A DNA stretch of 38,427 bases from a virus, in IMG/VR virus record IMGVR_UViG_3300050144_000056. One strand, 5' to 3'. The first letter of the stretch is position 1, and each line of letters starts with the position of its first letter. The position numbers and the translations under genes were made by a program. Shown here one piece after another: positions 8,843 to 17,410 of this stretch. A model generated the notes under the pieces. It had not been told where the DNA came from. It did not search any database and worked only from the letters and a program-made list of their open reading frames with translations.

Positions 8843-10306
8843 TTAGTTCGGCAAATAGATGTATTGAATCGCGGTTATGGTGAAACTCGGAGTAGTGCCG
8901 CCAATAGTCCAGACTACGCGCCATGTACGGGGAATAACCATGCTGCAAGTCGCGGTGGTTCCCGTAGTGGCTACGCCTGCGGTAGTTGCCACGCCGGGGT
9001 AGATCATGATGCCGTACTGGCCTGTAGCAGTCAGTGAGGCCGTGGTCGCACCGGGTACGTCATACCAAGTAGTACCTGCATCGGTAGAACCCTGAACCTT
9101 GATAACGCATGTCGGGCTAGTTCCTGTCACCGCGCCCATGTTCACCACGATCTGCACACCCTTGTTGCCGACGTTGGTGATGGTTGCGCCGTTACCTGTG
9201 GCAGTCTTTGCACCAGTGTCACCAGTGGTAAGGGCTGTAGACATACCCCGTTGACGGTCCCACGAAGTACCGTTGAACGTCAGAGCAGCCGCGCCAATCT
9301 GGGTTACTGTCGGGTTAGCCAGAGCATCGGCAGAAGCCGCCGCAGTTGGATAGCCTGTTACTGTCGCAGTGGTCTGCAAGTTGGCAGCGGTGTTGCTTGC
9401 CACTAGGTTGACCGTTGGCGTCCATGTCTCCGTGCTGATACGGGTAAACGCTTGGATAGAACCGCCTGTAATGGTCGATGCAATGCGCAGACGCACGAAG
9501 TTACAGCGAATGGCAAACGAATAAATGATCTGCGACGCCGTGGCAGTGATGGCCGCAGTGATAGGAACACCTGTCACCAATGCAGCGTTAAACACAGGCA
9601 AGGCAATCCAGTTCACGTTATCGTTTGACTGCTCGAAGATAAACGTACCCGCTGTGCCTGTAGACACCACCTGCACCGATGCCGCACGATAGCCGGACAC
9701 GTTCAATCCAGCAGTGCCGGAGGTAGGTTGCAGGATGTTGTTGACGGTAGCGGTCTGTGCAGATGCACCTGTCAGCACCAAAGGCAACTCAGTGACCGGC
9801 ATGATGCCTGAGCTGTCCGAATCGCCTAAGTCGCCATAAGCGGTATTCAGGTTGAATGTCGTGGTAGTAGACGCGCCGGTATTGGTTGCGCTAACCCGCA
9901 CATAGTTACCGTTTAGCGTAAACGAACGGCCAAAACCTACACCTGCGGACACGTAGAACACAATATCAGGTACTGCGCGTGTGCCTGCCAAGTCAATAAA
10001 CTGGCTAACGGTCAGCGTCATCGGCTGATCGCTAGTCATCAGCAGGGATATGCTTGGCTGATCTAGCGCGGTCTCGATGACACCGGTAAACGTAGCAGCG
10101 GCTGCAAGCTGTACAGTGCTAGAGTTGTTTGTCGAGAATCGAAAGATTGTGGCGTTGTTGCTGGTGGGCAGTGGGTTTGTAGCGTCCACATCCACGGCAG
10201 AGCCATCCGAACCCCACGAGGGTTTAACTCGTTGGTATTGAATGCCCCCGATGTCGTCCGTGGCTACCGCAGAGCCAGTGCCGGGTAGGGTTACGTTATC
10301 GGCCAT
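8843..10306 (-). CDS. Thr/Ala/Gly-rich virion protein (487 aa), function unknown
   Basis: Long ORF with ATG start, located between the portal and scaffold genes. Confidence 0.55.
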   Translation of the reverse strand: MADNVTLPGTGSAVATDDIGGIQYQRVKPSWGSDGSAVDVDATNPLPTSNNATIFRFSTNNSSTVQLAAAATFTGVIETALDQPSISLLMTSDQPMTLTVSQFIDLAGTRAVPDIVFYVSAGVGFGRSFTLNGNYVRVSATNTGASTTTTFNLNTAYGDLGDSDSSGIMPVTELPLVLTGASAQTATVNNILQPTSGTAGLNVSGYRAASVQVVSTGTAGTFIFEQSNDNVNWIALPVFNAALVTGVPITAAITATASQIIYSFAIRCNFVRLRIASTITGGSIQAFTRISTETWTPTVNLVASNTAANLQTTATVTGYPTAAASADALANPTVTQIGAAALTFNGTSWDRQRGMSTALTTGDTGAKTATGNGATITNVGNKGVQIVVNMGAVTGTSPTCVIKVQGSTDAGTTWYDVPGATTASLTATGQYGIMIYPGVATTAGVATTGTTATCSMVIPRTWRVVWTIGGTTPSFTITAIQYIYLPN

Positions 10307-10307
10307 G

Positions 10308-10943
10308 TTATGCGCTCAGTGCGGTGTAGGTCAGAGAGGAGCAGGACACGGTATCGCCGTCTACCCACATATCGGGCCAATGACGATTACCTTTTGATGT
10401 GTTTGCTTTTTCAGGTATTACTTGCATATTTGCCTCGCAATGAAGTCCGCATACGGTCTTGCTAACCAACGGAACGATGTGATCTACGTGCCACTTAAAA
10501 CCAAACATTTGTGAGCGCAGCCTTGCAAGGTGATACGCCTCACGCATAAAAAACTCATTTGCCCAAGCTGGTGTTGCTTGTTTTGCGACGCTGCGCTTTT
10601 TAGATTCGCGCTCAGCACAAACATGCAGGTTTTTCTTCACCCAATTTGCAGTCAATTCTAACGCTCGCTCAGGATTTGCAGCTCGCCACGATGCAGCATT
10701 CTTTGCATGGCGCTCTTTATTCGCCTTTGCCCAAGCTATTGCGCGCTCGCTATTCTTCTTTATGTTTTCTCTTGCGTACTGACGATGACGCTCACGCAAA
10801 ATATCTCTACGCTCAGCGTAATATGCAGCCGCGTTTTCTTTGGAGCATTGAACGCAGCATCTTGTGCTTTGCTTACGAAGACCGCCCAAATCTGGGTGTT
10901 TTTCGCACACAGATCCGATGTAAGTAGCGGCTTGCTTTCTCAT
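10308..10943 (-). CDS. HNH endonuclease (homing-endonuclease-like)
   Basis: HNH core is WHVDHIVPL...CGLHCEANMQVIPEKANTSKGNRHW, with an N-terminal Cys cluster. The ATG at 10943 overlaps the upstream stop (TAATG). The last 16 aa duplicate the upstream gene's C-terminus. Confidence 0.85.
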   Translation of the reverse strand: MRKQAATYIGSVCEKHPDLGGLRKQSTRCCVQCSKENAAAYYAERRDILRERHRQYARENIKKNSERAIAWAKANKERHAKNAASWRAANPERALELTANWVKKNLHVCAERESKKRSVAKQATPAWANEFFMREAYHLARLRSQMFGFKWHVDHIVPLVSKTVCGLHCEANMQVIPEKANTSKGNRHWPDMWVDGDTVSCSSLTYTALSA

Positions 10944-11332
10944 TACGCAGACAAAGCCGTGTAAGTTAGTGAGCTGCAAGAAACCGTATCTCCTGCGGCA
11001 ACAGTTAGTCCGTTAGTCATCACGATGTCTGACGCAGATGCCGCCACAGCGCAGTGGACGCACACAGTACCACCCGAGGTTTGCAGTGTTGCCGTGGCTA
11101 CCGGAGAAGCGTTGCCGGTTGCATTGGTGTCGCTGGTGATCGCGTTAGCCGTTGCCGTGCCTGCCGATGCTGCACCGAATGGGGTTGCACTCATCACCAG
11201 AGTGGCTACAGCCGTGCCCGGAGCGCTTACCGTGCCAGTCAAGCGGAAAACTAGCCGTGGCGATGCGCCTAGCTGTCCAGTCACGTAATCGGTTGCGCCG
11301 TTGCGAATTGCGGTTGTGTGAGTTACTGCCAT
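10943..11332 (-). CDS. Small Ala/Thr-rich virion-module protein (129 aa)
   Basis: ATG start; ends GDTVSCSSLTYTALSA-TAA. Confidence 0.55.
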   Translation of the reverse strand: MAVTHTTAIRNGATDYVTGQLGASPRLVFRLTGTVSAPGTAVATLVMSATPFGAASAGTATANAITSDTNATGNASPVATATLQTSGGTVCVHCAVAASASDIVMTNGLTVAAGDTVSCSSLTYTALSA

Positions 11333-11334
11333 GA

Positions 11335-11493
11335 TTATTCCCCTTTGACTTCGGTTTGTGCTTGAAAGAATGCGTCTCGCTGCTTTTCATCAACGAAGCC
11401 GACTAGCTCTACCGTTTCAGTCTCTCCGGTAGCTGCTCGCTTGATTTCAATGGTCATTTTGACCTCGCCCACTACACCAATTAAATCAGCCAT
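11335..11493 (-). CDS. Hypothetical small protein (52 aa)
   Basis: Hand-translated as MADLIGVVGEVKMTIEIKR...TEVKGE. GAGGA RBS present. It fills the gap between the portal stop and the next gene. Confidence 0.45.
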   Translation of the reverse strand: MADLIGVVGEVKMTIEIKRAATGETETVELVGFVDEKQRDAFFQAQTEVKGE

Positions 11494-11495
11494 GA

Positions 11496-13688
11496 TTAGT
11501 CCTCGCTCACTTCAATTACACCAATAGCGCGGCCATCAGGCCCACGCTCTACCATCCTTCGCTTAGGCCGGTTCATTTGCTGCACAGCGTCTGCCAGCAT
11601 GGTCACTGCCTGAGTGATAGCCTGCGATTGTGCGTCAACTCCTGCCACTGCTTGAGAGGCCATCGCCTTCACTTCCTCACCCACTGCGCCTAGTTCTTCC
11701 TTGCCATCAATAGATATTTGAGCGGTTGGCTTCTCTGCGGCCTGCGCGTTCATTGCGGCAATCTGTAGCTTTGTCTCGCTGTCAAGCTGTGCGCGGTACA
11801 TTGCGCGCTCTGTCTCGGCTTGTTGTTTGATCTGCTCCAGCTCTAGGGCGTGCTGCATCTTCGCGGCTTCGATTGCTTGCGCATTCTGGGCTTTGAATTG
11901 CTCAGTCTGTGCCATTGCGGATTGTTTAGCCTGCTCCAATTGCATAGCGGCCTGAGCCTTGATCTGCTCGGGGTCTGGTGGAGGCGGTGCTTCTGGCTTA
12001 GGCTCATTCATCTTTTGAATGGTGTTTTCCAGCACGTTCTCCAATTGACGCCCACCCTTGAAGGTACGGACAACGAATTGCAGAACTTCGCCCACCAGAG
12101 CGCCCATCTCAGGGGCTGCTTGCACCATGGGCACTGCGTCTCTCAGGACTGCGCCGAATGCTTGCATGAACTCCGTGCGGCTTTGCTTTTCGCCGATTTC
12201 GTCCATTTCCACCAGAGAATCAGCGGCTACTTCGATGCGGAAAGAACGGGCGGGTTCTTGTTTAATCAGTGCAATGGCTTGCTCGGCATAGGGCGCGTCA
12301 TCCGTCCCCAGAATGCCGGACATTTGAATCAGGCTCTCAGGGCTGTACAGGTCGCACATCATTTGGGCTTTGATGCGTAGCAACTCAGAGCAGAATTGCG
12401 CCACTTCGGTCTGCATGCGCTTAAGACGCAAAGAGGCGTATTGGCTCTTGATCTGCTGTGCTGTCGCGGTCTCTGAGGCCATAGACGCGCCTCGGATGAT
12501 GTCTGACAAGCCGGTGACTTCGTAGACCACCTGTTTAGCCTGCTCTCGGGCTGTGTAGCAATGGGTTAGGGCCATTACCACTTGGTCAAGCGGCAGGAAG
12601 TCTACAGCCCCTTTGAGTCCGCCCTTCTCACCGAATGCCGCCCACGAATCCACGCCAATGAGGGTATTGTTCACGCCCTCATTCAGCATTCGCTCAATAG
12701 CTGGTTGGCTTGCGTCGTACACGCCTACAACCTTCAACGCCTCAGTCAGCATACCTATACGCTGCGTCAGCATGTCGATTTCTTCGGCTTGGTCTTGATA
12801 GAGAGTGTAATCAGGGACAGGGACTAGCGTGTCTGTGGTTTGGGTAGCGAAAAGCGGTTTGGGGCAGGGCCAGAAGTTGTCCAACCCATACGGGTCTTCC
12901 TTGCTGTCCAGCATCTTGGTATGCCCCTCGGCAATCCAATAGACGCGCTTATCGTTTTTGCTCCAGATTTCCCAAACAATGGCCTTTTTGAGGCTTTCCT
13001 GCTCGGCTTGGCTTGCATCTGTTTTGCTCAGGTCATCCAATCCGATCGGCTCATGGGCAAGGGGAACCTCTTTAAAGTCCTCGCCAAAGCGCTTCACGCC
13101 GTCTGCACGGCTCATGTAAATGCGACGGGCTACCCATACCACCTCATCCCATGTACGGGCGGGAGAGCATCGAAAATCTTTCCAGAATACGTAATCAGTG
13201 GGAGTGCATTCGTAGGTCATGTCGGGCTGCTCGCCCATAACATCCTCTACAGGTTCCTCGATTACCTCTGCTTCCGCCACTTCCTTCGTTTCAAATCGAA
13301 CCCACGCTGTTCCACGTCCCGGCAGTAGCCGATCAAGTACCGCATGTTTATTCGTATTGTCGAAGTCACCATAGTGGTCGATCTCGTATTGGAGTGCGCG
13401 CTCAAGGATAACCGAAGCTGTGCGGCCTACGGGGTCTTTATCTTTCCAACGGCGCTCTACTTGTGCGCGTGGGGTGCGGCCATACAAGGCGGGGAGCATC
13501 GTTTGGATGTTTGCCCACAAGATGTTGTAACGCTTGCCGTTATCGCTCCAGCCTTGACGCTCATCACGATAGCGCTTGACGATCTTGTCGCCGCGCTTCT
13601 GCCACTTCTTGTCCTCATCCTGAGCGAGTTTTAGCTCTTGCGTCCAGCGGCGATGTTCGTCTACCGGATTGATTTCGTCTTCTGTCAT
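11496..13688 (-). CDS. Portal protein
   Basis: 730 aa, in the terminase-proximal position. The long Ala/Gln-rich helical C-terminal region resembles P22-type portal barrels. Confidence 0.75.
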   Translation of the reverse strand: MTEDEINPVDEHRRWTQELKLAQDEDKKWQKRGDKIVKRYRDERQGWSDNGKRYNILWANIQTMLPALYGRTPRAQVERRWKDKDPVGRTASVILERALQYEIDHYGDFDNTNKHAVLDRLLPGRGTAWVRFETKEVAEAEVIEEPVEDVMGEQPDMTYECTPTDYVFWKDFRCSPARTWDEVVWVARRIYMSRADGVKRFGEDFKEVPLAHEPIGLDDLSKTDASQAEQESLKKAIVWEIWSKNDKRVYWIAEGHTKMLDSKEDPYGLDNFWPCPKPLFATQTTDTLVPVPDYTLYQDQAEEIDMLTQRIGMLTEALKVVGVYDASQPAIERMLNEGVNNTLIGVDSWAAFGEKGGLKGAVDFLPLDQVVMALTHCYTAREQAKQVVYEVTGLSDIIRGASMASETATAQQIKSQYASLRLKRMQTEVAQFCSELLRIKAQMMCDLYSPESLIQMSGILGTDDAPYAEQAIALIKQEPARSFRIEVAADSLVEMDEIGEKQSRTEFMQAFGAVLRDAVPMVQAAPEMGALVGEVLQFVVRTFKGGRQLENVLENTIQKMNEPKPEAPPPPDPEQIKAQAAMQLEQAKQSAMAQTEQFKAQNAQAIEAAKMQHALELEQIKQQAETERAMYRAQLDSETKLQIAAMNAQAAEKPTAQISIDGKEELGAVGEEVKAMASQAVAGVDAQSQAITQAVTMLADAVQQMNRPKRRMVERGPDGRAIGVIEVSED

Positions 13689-14023
13689 GGGGTAATCGCG
13701 GCAGATACCGCGCCATTAGCAGCAAAGGGAATGCCGTTTGCATAGGTTACAGCGGCATTAGTAGAGATGCACAGCCCACTAGCAGACAAGGGAAGGCCAT
13801 CGGACCATTGCACATCAGCGGGTAGCCCTGCCGTAGCGTCAAAGTAGCGCACCCGTCCTGCGTCTGTCAGCAATAGACCGTTGCAATACTCATCGCCACC
13901 AGCAGCAACAGCGCGGTTCAATCCTGCGGTGGATGTGAGAATGCCGCCTAGGAATGCGTCAGTAGCTACGGGTGCGGCTGTGCCTAGCTGCACTTGACCG
14001 TTGATGACGGATAGAACGCTCAT
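13685..14023 (-). CDS. Hypothetical protein (112 aa) between terL and portal
   Basis: ATGA coupling at both ends. Confidence 0.5.
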   Translation of the reverse strand: MSVLSVINGQVQLGTAAPVATDAFLGGILTSTAGLNRAVAAGGDEYCNGLLLTDAGRVRYFDATAGLPADVQWSDGLPLSASGLCISTNAAVTYANGIPFAANGAVSAAITP

Positions 14024-14196
14024 CGCTCACCCTTCATAAATGATTCAAGGGTAACGGGAGCTTGTCCGTTTTCCTGCTTGGCAAGCTGATAAGCCCGATA
14101 TTCAGGGGTTACCGCCATTGCCTTTTGTGCCTGTCCAGCCATGCCGCCTAGCTCGGGCTTTGCAGTTCTCAGGGCTTTGATGATTGCTTCTAGCAT
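14020..14196 (-). CDS. Hypothetical small protein (58 aa)
   Basis: Hand-translated as MLEAIIKALRTAKPELGG.... TAATG overlap with the terL stop and ATGA overlap with the next gene. Confidence 0.45.
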   Translation of the reverse strand: MLEAIIKALRTAKPELGGMAGQAQKAMAVTPEYRAYQLAKQENGQAPVTLESFMKGER

Positions 14197-15548
14197 TAGA
14201 ACCTCTCGCGCTTTGTAGGGGTTTCTGCCCAGAGTTTATCTAGGGATTGGGTGATTATGCGCCCATTTACGCCTTTTATGGCAAATTCTGCGGGTTTTTC
14301 GGGTTCTTTTGCGACAACTTGCGACATTACTTGGCACCCATAGGCGAAGCCATCGCTAGGGTGAGACGCCCAATTGTGGTTAGGCTCTCGGCTAAATACG
14401 CCCGATTCCTCGTTGTAGACAAACTCCCATGCCATTAGTCCGTCTATGCCTTCCTCGCACTTGGTCTTATGGAAAGCGCACTTCTTGATTGTGGTTCGCG
14501 CAGCCTCGATCTGGTCTGATTTGCGAGACTGGGGGACTATGGCCAGCTTATCGTGCCCAAAAGCCGCAATGAATCGCTCTATCGCCGTGTGCTTGCTTTG
14601 GAATGTCTTGGCCCGTGCGTCAGACGGTAGCCATATCTTCCCTAGGCAGTTGCGCCCACCAATATCGGAGAGCTTGTCTCTCAGCTCGGGTATCCAGTCA
14701 TCAGCATCCATGCCGTTACCCTGCGTGTAGTCCACAAGGTTAAACCCGCCCGGCACTGATTGCCAAAACCACCACGCCGTTGTATCCCTAAAACCAAGGT
14801 CAGACGATATGACAATCTTCGCCCCGTCTGGGTCGTACTCTACGCCATCATGGATTCGTCCTTCTCTCTCGGCTTGTCCCACCCACTTAGCCAGAATAGC
14901 GCCTTGGCTTGAGCCATACGCCCCGTTCCATACGTGCTCGGCTTTATCCTCATCGGCTTCAAAGTCTGCCAGCATATCCGCATATAGGGGCGTATTCTTA
15001 AACCAAGGATTGTCGTACCAGTTAATCATGATGCAGATAGCGTCCTCTCGCTTGTCTTTGCGAAAGAACTTATCTACTGCATCTGTCTTGTAGCGTGGAT
15101 TCCAGCTAAACCACAGTTCAGAGCCGGGTTTACGGATAGTAGGCCGTAGCAGGTCTAGCGAGTGCTGGCTAAGGGTCTGGGCCTCCTCTACCCATGCAAT
15201 ATCAAAGCCTTCTAGGGACTTGATGTTTGCAGCATTGAAAGACTGCAAGCCCTTGAAGATGATTAGGCTATCGTGCGGTCCTCGTATTTCTGATTCCAGA
15301 ATGGTGAACTGCGAATCTAGGCCCATGCCTATGATTTTGTCCACAATAAGCTGCTTAACAGATTCCTTGATACTGATCTGCACCTCTCGCAGACACACGA
15401 TGCGCTTACCCGTTAGGGCTTGGCATACGATCTGCTCTGCGAAAAAATGCGACTTGGCCCCACCTCGCCCACCGTATGCGCCCTTATAGCGCTTTGGCTG
15501 GAGTAATGGGGCTAACTTAGCTGGAACTTTAAGACGGAGGGTTGACAA
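14196..15548 (-). CDS. terL: Terminase large subunit
   Basis: Walker A is GAYGGRGGAKSH; also LREVQ and WVEEAQ. PBSX/Terminase_3-like N-terminus. TTG start overlaps terS. Confidence 0.9.
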   Translation of the reverse strand: MSTLRLKVPAKLAPLLQPKRYKGAYGGRGGAKSHFFAEQIVCQALTGKRIVCLREVQISIKESVKQLIVDKIIGMGLDSQFTILESEIRGPHDSLIIFKGLQSFNAANIKSLEGFDIAWVEEAQTLSQHSLDLLRPTIRKPGSELWFSWNPRYKTDAVDKFFRKDKREDAICIMINWYDNPWFKNTPLYADMLADFEADEDKAEHVWNGAYGSSQGAILAKWVGQAEREGRIHDGVEYDPDGAKIVISSDLGFRDTTAWWFWQSVPGGFNLVDYTQGNGMDADDWIPELRDKLSDIGGRNCLGKIWLPSDARAKTFQSKHTAIERFIAAFGHDKLAIVPQSRKSDQIEAARTTIKKCAFHKTKCEEGIDGLMAWEFVYNEESGVFSREPNHNWASHPSDGFAYGCQVMSQVVAKEPEKPAEFAIKGVNGRIITQSLDKLWAETPTKRERF

Positions 15549-15957
15549 CTTCGAACTGCACTTTAGTTACGACTTGGAGCGGGTTCTTATCGTCGCCGGT
15601 CAACTCTAGCTTATCGCCGTACAGTTTAGGAAGCATCTTGGAGAGCATCCATTTACGGGTATCAACCCTCAGACGGTTACGGGCTACAGCCGTTGCACTT
15701 AGGTCGATAGTCTCATCTTCGCCGTTATGCTTTACCTCTACTTGGTACTCATCAGAGATGTTTAGGATTTCGTCTGCCAGTTGGAGATAGCCGATTTCCC
15801 TTGCTCGCGTGTATTGTGTAAGGAATTCAGGATTGGCCTTTGTCCAATTAAGGATAGTCCTAGCTGATTCTCCTACTGCCTCTGCCGCCTTACGTAGGCT
15901 TAGACCATCCTCTAGGAGGATACACACCTCATCGGCTTTGTCTTGATTGAATGCCAT
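15529..15957 (-). CDS. terS: Terminase small subunit
   Basis: N-terminal HTH (LSLRKAAEAVGESARTILNW) plus RLRVDTRKWMLSKMLPKLYGDK, typical of small terminases. Confidence 0.8.
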   Translation of the reverse strand: MAFNQDKADEVCILLEDGLSLRKAAEAVGESARTILNWTKANPEFLTQYTRAREIGYLQLADEILNISDEYQVEVKHNGEDETIDLSATAVARNRLRVDTRKWMLSKMLPKLYGDKLELTGDDKNPLQVVTKVQFEVVNPPS

Positions 15958-15987
15958 AGTCTTACCTCGGGTTTTCCGTGATGTTCA

Positions 15988-16016
15988 ATTATAGGCATGG
16001 AATGTGCTTTTGTGTT
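15988..16016 (-). promoter_or_regulatory. Candidate late promoter upstream of terS
   Basis: Perfect TATAAT (15993..15988) with a weak -35 (AACACA) at 17-nt spacing, about 30 nt upstream of the terS ATG. Confidence 0.4.
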
Positions 16017-16138
16017 GATGGCGGCCACGTTACCGCAACCCTACGCCACTTCTCCAAGTCGTCTGGAGGTGAACGCTTCACCATCAAGTAAGCCGCCTGC
16101 TTTAGCTGCATCGAAGATGCCAAGCGGCTTATTTCATA

Positions 16139-16255
16139 GTGTTATCAAAGCGTGTGAGGGAATTGAACCCACGTACTGTCAGCGTTGCACCTTATCGGCC
16201 GATTGATGCAGGCTGCTGGTCATACCAACGAAACCTTACCACGCTTTGATAACAC
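16139..16255 (-). other. 117-nt structured element with tRNA-like D and T arms, closed by a 16-bp perfect stem
   Basis: GTGTTATCAAAGCGTG (16139..16154) is the exact reverse complement of 16240..16255. The minus strand contains GGTT-TCGTTGGTAT-GACC and GTGGG-TTCAATT-CCCTC. Confidence 0.5.
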
Positions 16256-16407
16256 ATCCATTCTCACAATTTCGCTTATGTTTAAGGCTCGGCGCTTTTG
16301 ATGCTTGCACTGCCAAAACAAACGGGCTGCCAGTGGTCGCACTTGAGAGAATTGTCCAGTCTAGGATTGAGACTGCCGGAGGGAAACCGTTGAGCCTGCC
16401 CTTTGTT

Positions 16408-16752
16408 CTATTTTAGCACTTCTGCATGCTTTAGTTTTTGTGTTTCACTGTCAAAAAACAATTTTAAATTTCCTTCTTGTTCTTTCCATTTTGATGTCTC
16501 TACAAATGGAGATGCAAAAATAATCAAAACAAAGTCGTTAAGTACAGATTTTTTTAATCTATATGTATTGTCTGGAGACCAAGTAGGATTATCTACAACC
16601 TCCCATGAAAATTCTGAATTTTTGTGCTCAATTACAGCACCATCAGCCCATGCTTTAATCAGCTCTGCATGCTTGTGTGGTTTCATTTTTTTCTGGTTGC
16701 ATTGGTATAGTAAATTATGGGCTTTTGGGTGGTTTATAAGCCATATTCGCAA
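16408..16752 (-). CDS. Hypothetical protein in an AT-rich cassette
   Basis: ORF with TTG start at 16752; alternative ATG at 16686 (MKPHKHAELIKAWADGAVIEHK...). Confidence 0.5.
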   Translation of the reverse strand: MRIWLINHPKAHNLLYQCNQKKMKPHKHAELIKAWADGAVIEHKNSEFSWEVVDNPTWSPDNTYRLKKSVLNDFVLIIFASPFVETSKWKEQEGNLKLFFDSETQKLKHAEVLK

Positions 16753-16961
16753 AATGTGTCAGCAATATCAAAAGCTCGATTTACCAATTGTTTAGGCGTT
16801 ACCAAACCTTTTCCTAATGCTGTAACTAGGTTTGTGTCAGACATAAAAGAAGCTAATGTTTTCATAGCTACTTGCTGTCGTACAGAAGGGACCTTGTCTT
16901 CTATTGACTCAAGCAGTTTCACTATATTGCTTAAATGTGCGTTTGTTACGTGTATGCTCAT
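16734..16961 (-). CDS. Hypothetical protein (75 aa) in an AT-rich cassette
   Basis: ATG preceded by the conserved leader AGGAGTGAGAA. Confidence 0.55.
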   Translation of the reverse strand: MSIHVTNAHLSNIVKLLESIEDKVPSVRQQVAMKTLASFMSDTNLVTALGKGLVTPKQLVNRAFDIADTFCEYGL

Positions 16962-16980
16962 TTCTCACTCCTGAAACTTC

Positions 16981-17023
16981 ACTTTACTTTAAAAAATTGT
17001 TTTTTCTATTAGGGTTTACCCTA
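16981..17023 (-). promoter_or_regulatory. Operator palindrome plus promoter
   Basis: TAGGGTTTACCCTA at 17010..17023; -35 position TAGAAA (17003..17008); 16-nt spacer; -10 TAAAGT (16981..16986). Confidence 0.55.
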
Positions 17024-17129
17024 GGTTTAGCAAAATAATTGCACCTACTATCGCAAAAGCAAACGCCACTCCGAACAAGCCTCCAGCCAGTAGCGCGTCT
17101 AGTTCACGGTCTTCGTGTTCTTCGTTCAT
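17016..17129 (-). CDS. Small membrane protein (37 aa)
   Basis: ATG at 17129, ATGA-coupled to the upstream gene. Hydrophobic C-terminus GGLFGVAFAFAIVGAIILLNLG. Confidence 0.45.
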   Translation of the reverse strand: MNEEHEDRELDALLAGGLFGVAFAFAIVGAIILLNLG

Positions 17130-17410
17130 GCTGTCTCCTTCGTTGGAACTGGAGCCCATTGCAATGTCTCGTCCTCTCCGTCGTTGTCTCGGATTGGGCG
17201 CATCCATTCATCAAGTCCGATGCTTTCTTGGCCGCCGCCTGTCACGTTGCTTGCTGCATCCAAAATCCAGCAAGGCTTATCAATGTGTAGCCAGTAACCT
17301 GCTCTGGCCAACTCATCTTTACTTGCCAAACGAAGGCACGTTACAAACCTGCCTTCGTTCCCTGCTCTGCTTCTCACAATCACCGCCAAATCACCTTGCT
17401 TGCAGTTCAT
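17126..17410 (-). CDS. Hypothetical protein (94 aa)
   Basis: ATGA coupling at both ends. Confidence 0.55.
   Translation of the reverse strand: MNCKQGDLAVIVRSRAGNEGRFVTCLRLASKDELARAGYWLHIDKPCWILDAASNVTGGGQESIGLDEWMRPIRDNDGEDETLQWAPVPTKETA

Noticed and set aside
10311-10358. The duplicated 16-aa C-terminus as an assembly or collapse artefact
   Set aside because: The two copies differ at 16 of 48 nucleotides, so they are not a misassembled identical repeat.
11850-13634. Several plus-strand ORFs of 60-176 aa inside the portal gene
   Set aside because: They are shadow ORFs antisense to a 730-aa ORF with clear portal context.
15997-16206. 69-aa plus-strand ORF in the terS-upstream gap
   Set aside because: It has no RBS, it overlaps the structured element and several hairpins, and it runs against both flanking operons.
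16139-16255. Canonical tRNA gene
   Set aside because: D-arm-like and T-arm-like hairpins are present, but no anticodon stem-loop could be folded. The T-stem has a U-U mismatch and the closing stem is 16 bp, not 7. It is reported as a tRNA-like element only.
16156-16255. attP core containing the 3' half of a host tRNA
   Set aside because: No integrase or recombinase ORF was recognised anywhere in the genome. This cannot be excluded without searching host tRNA genes.
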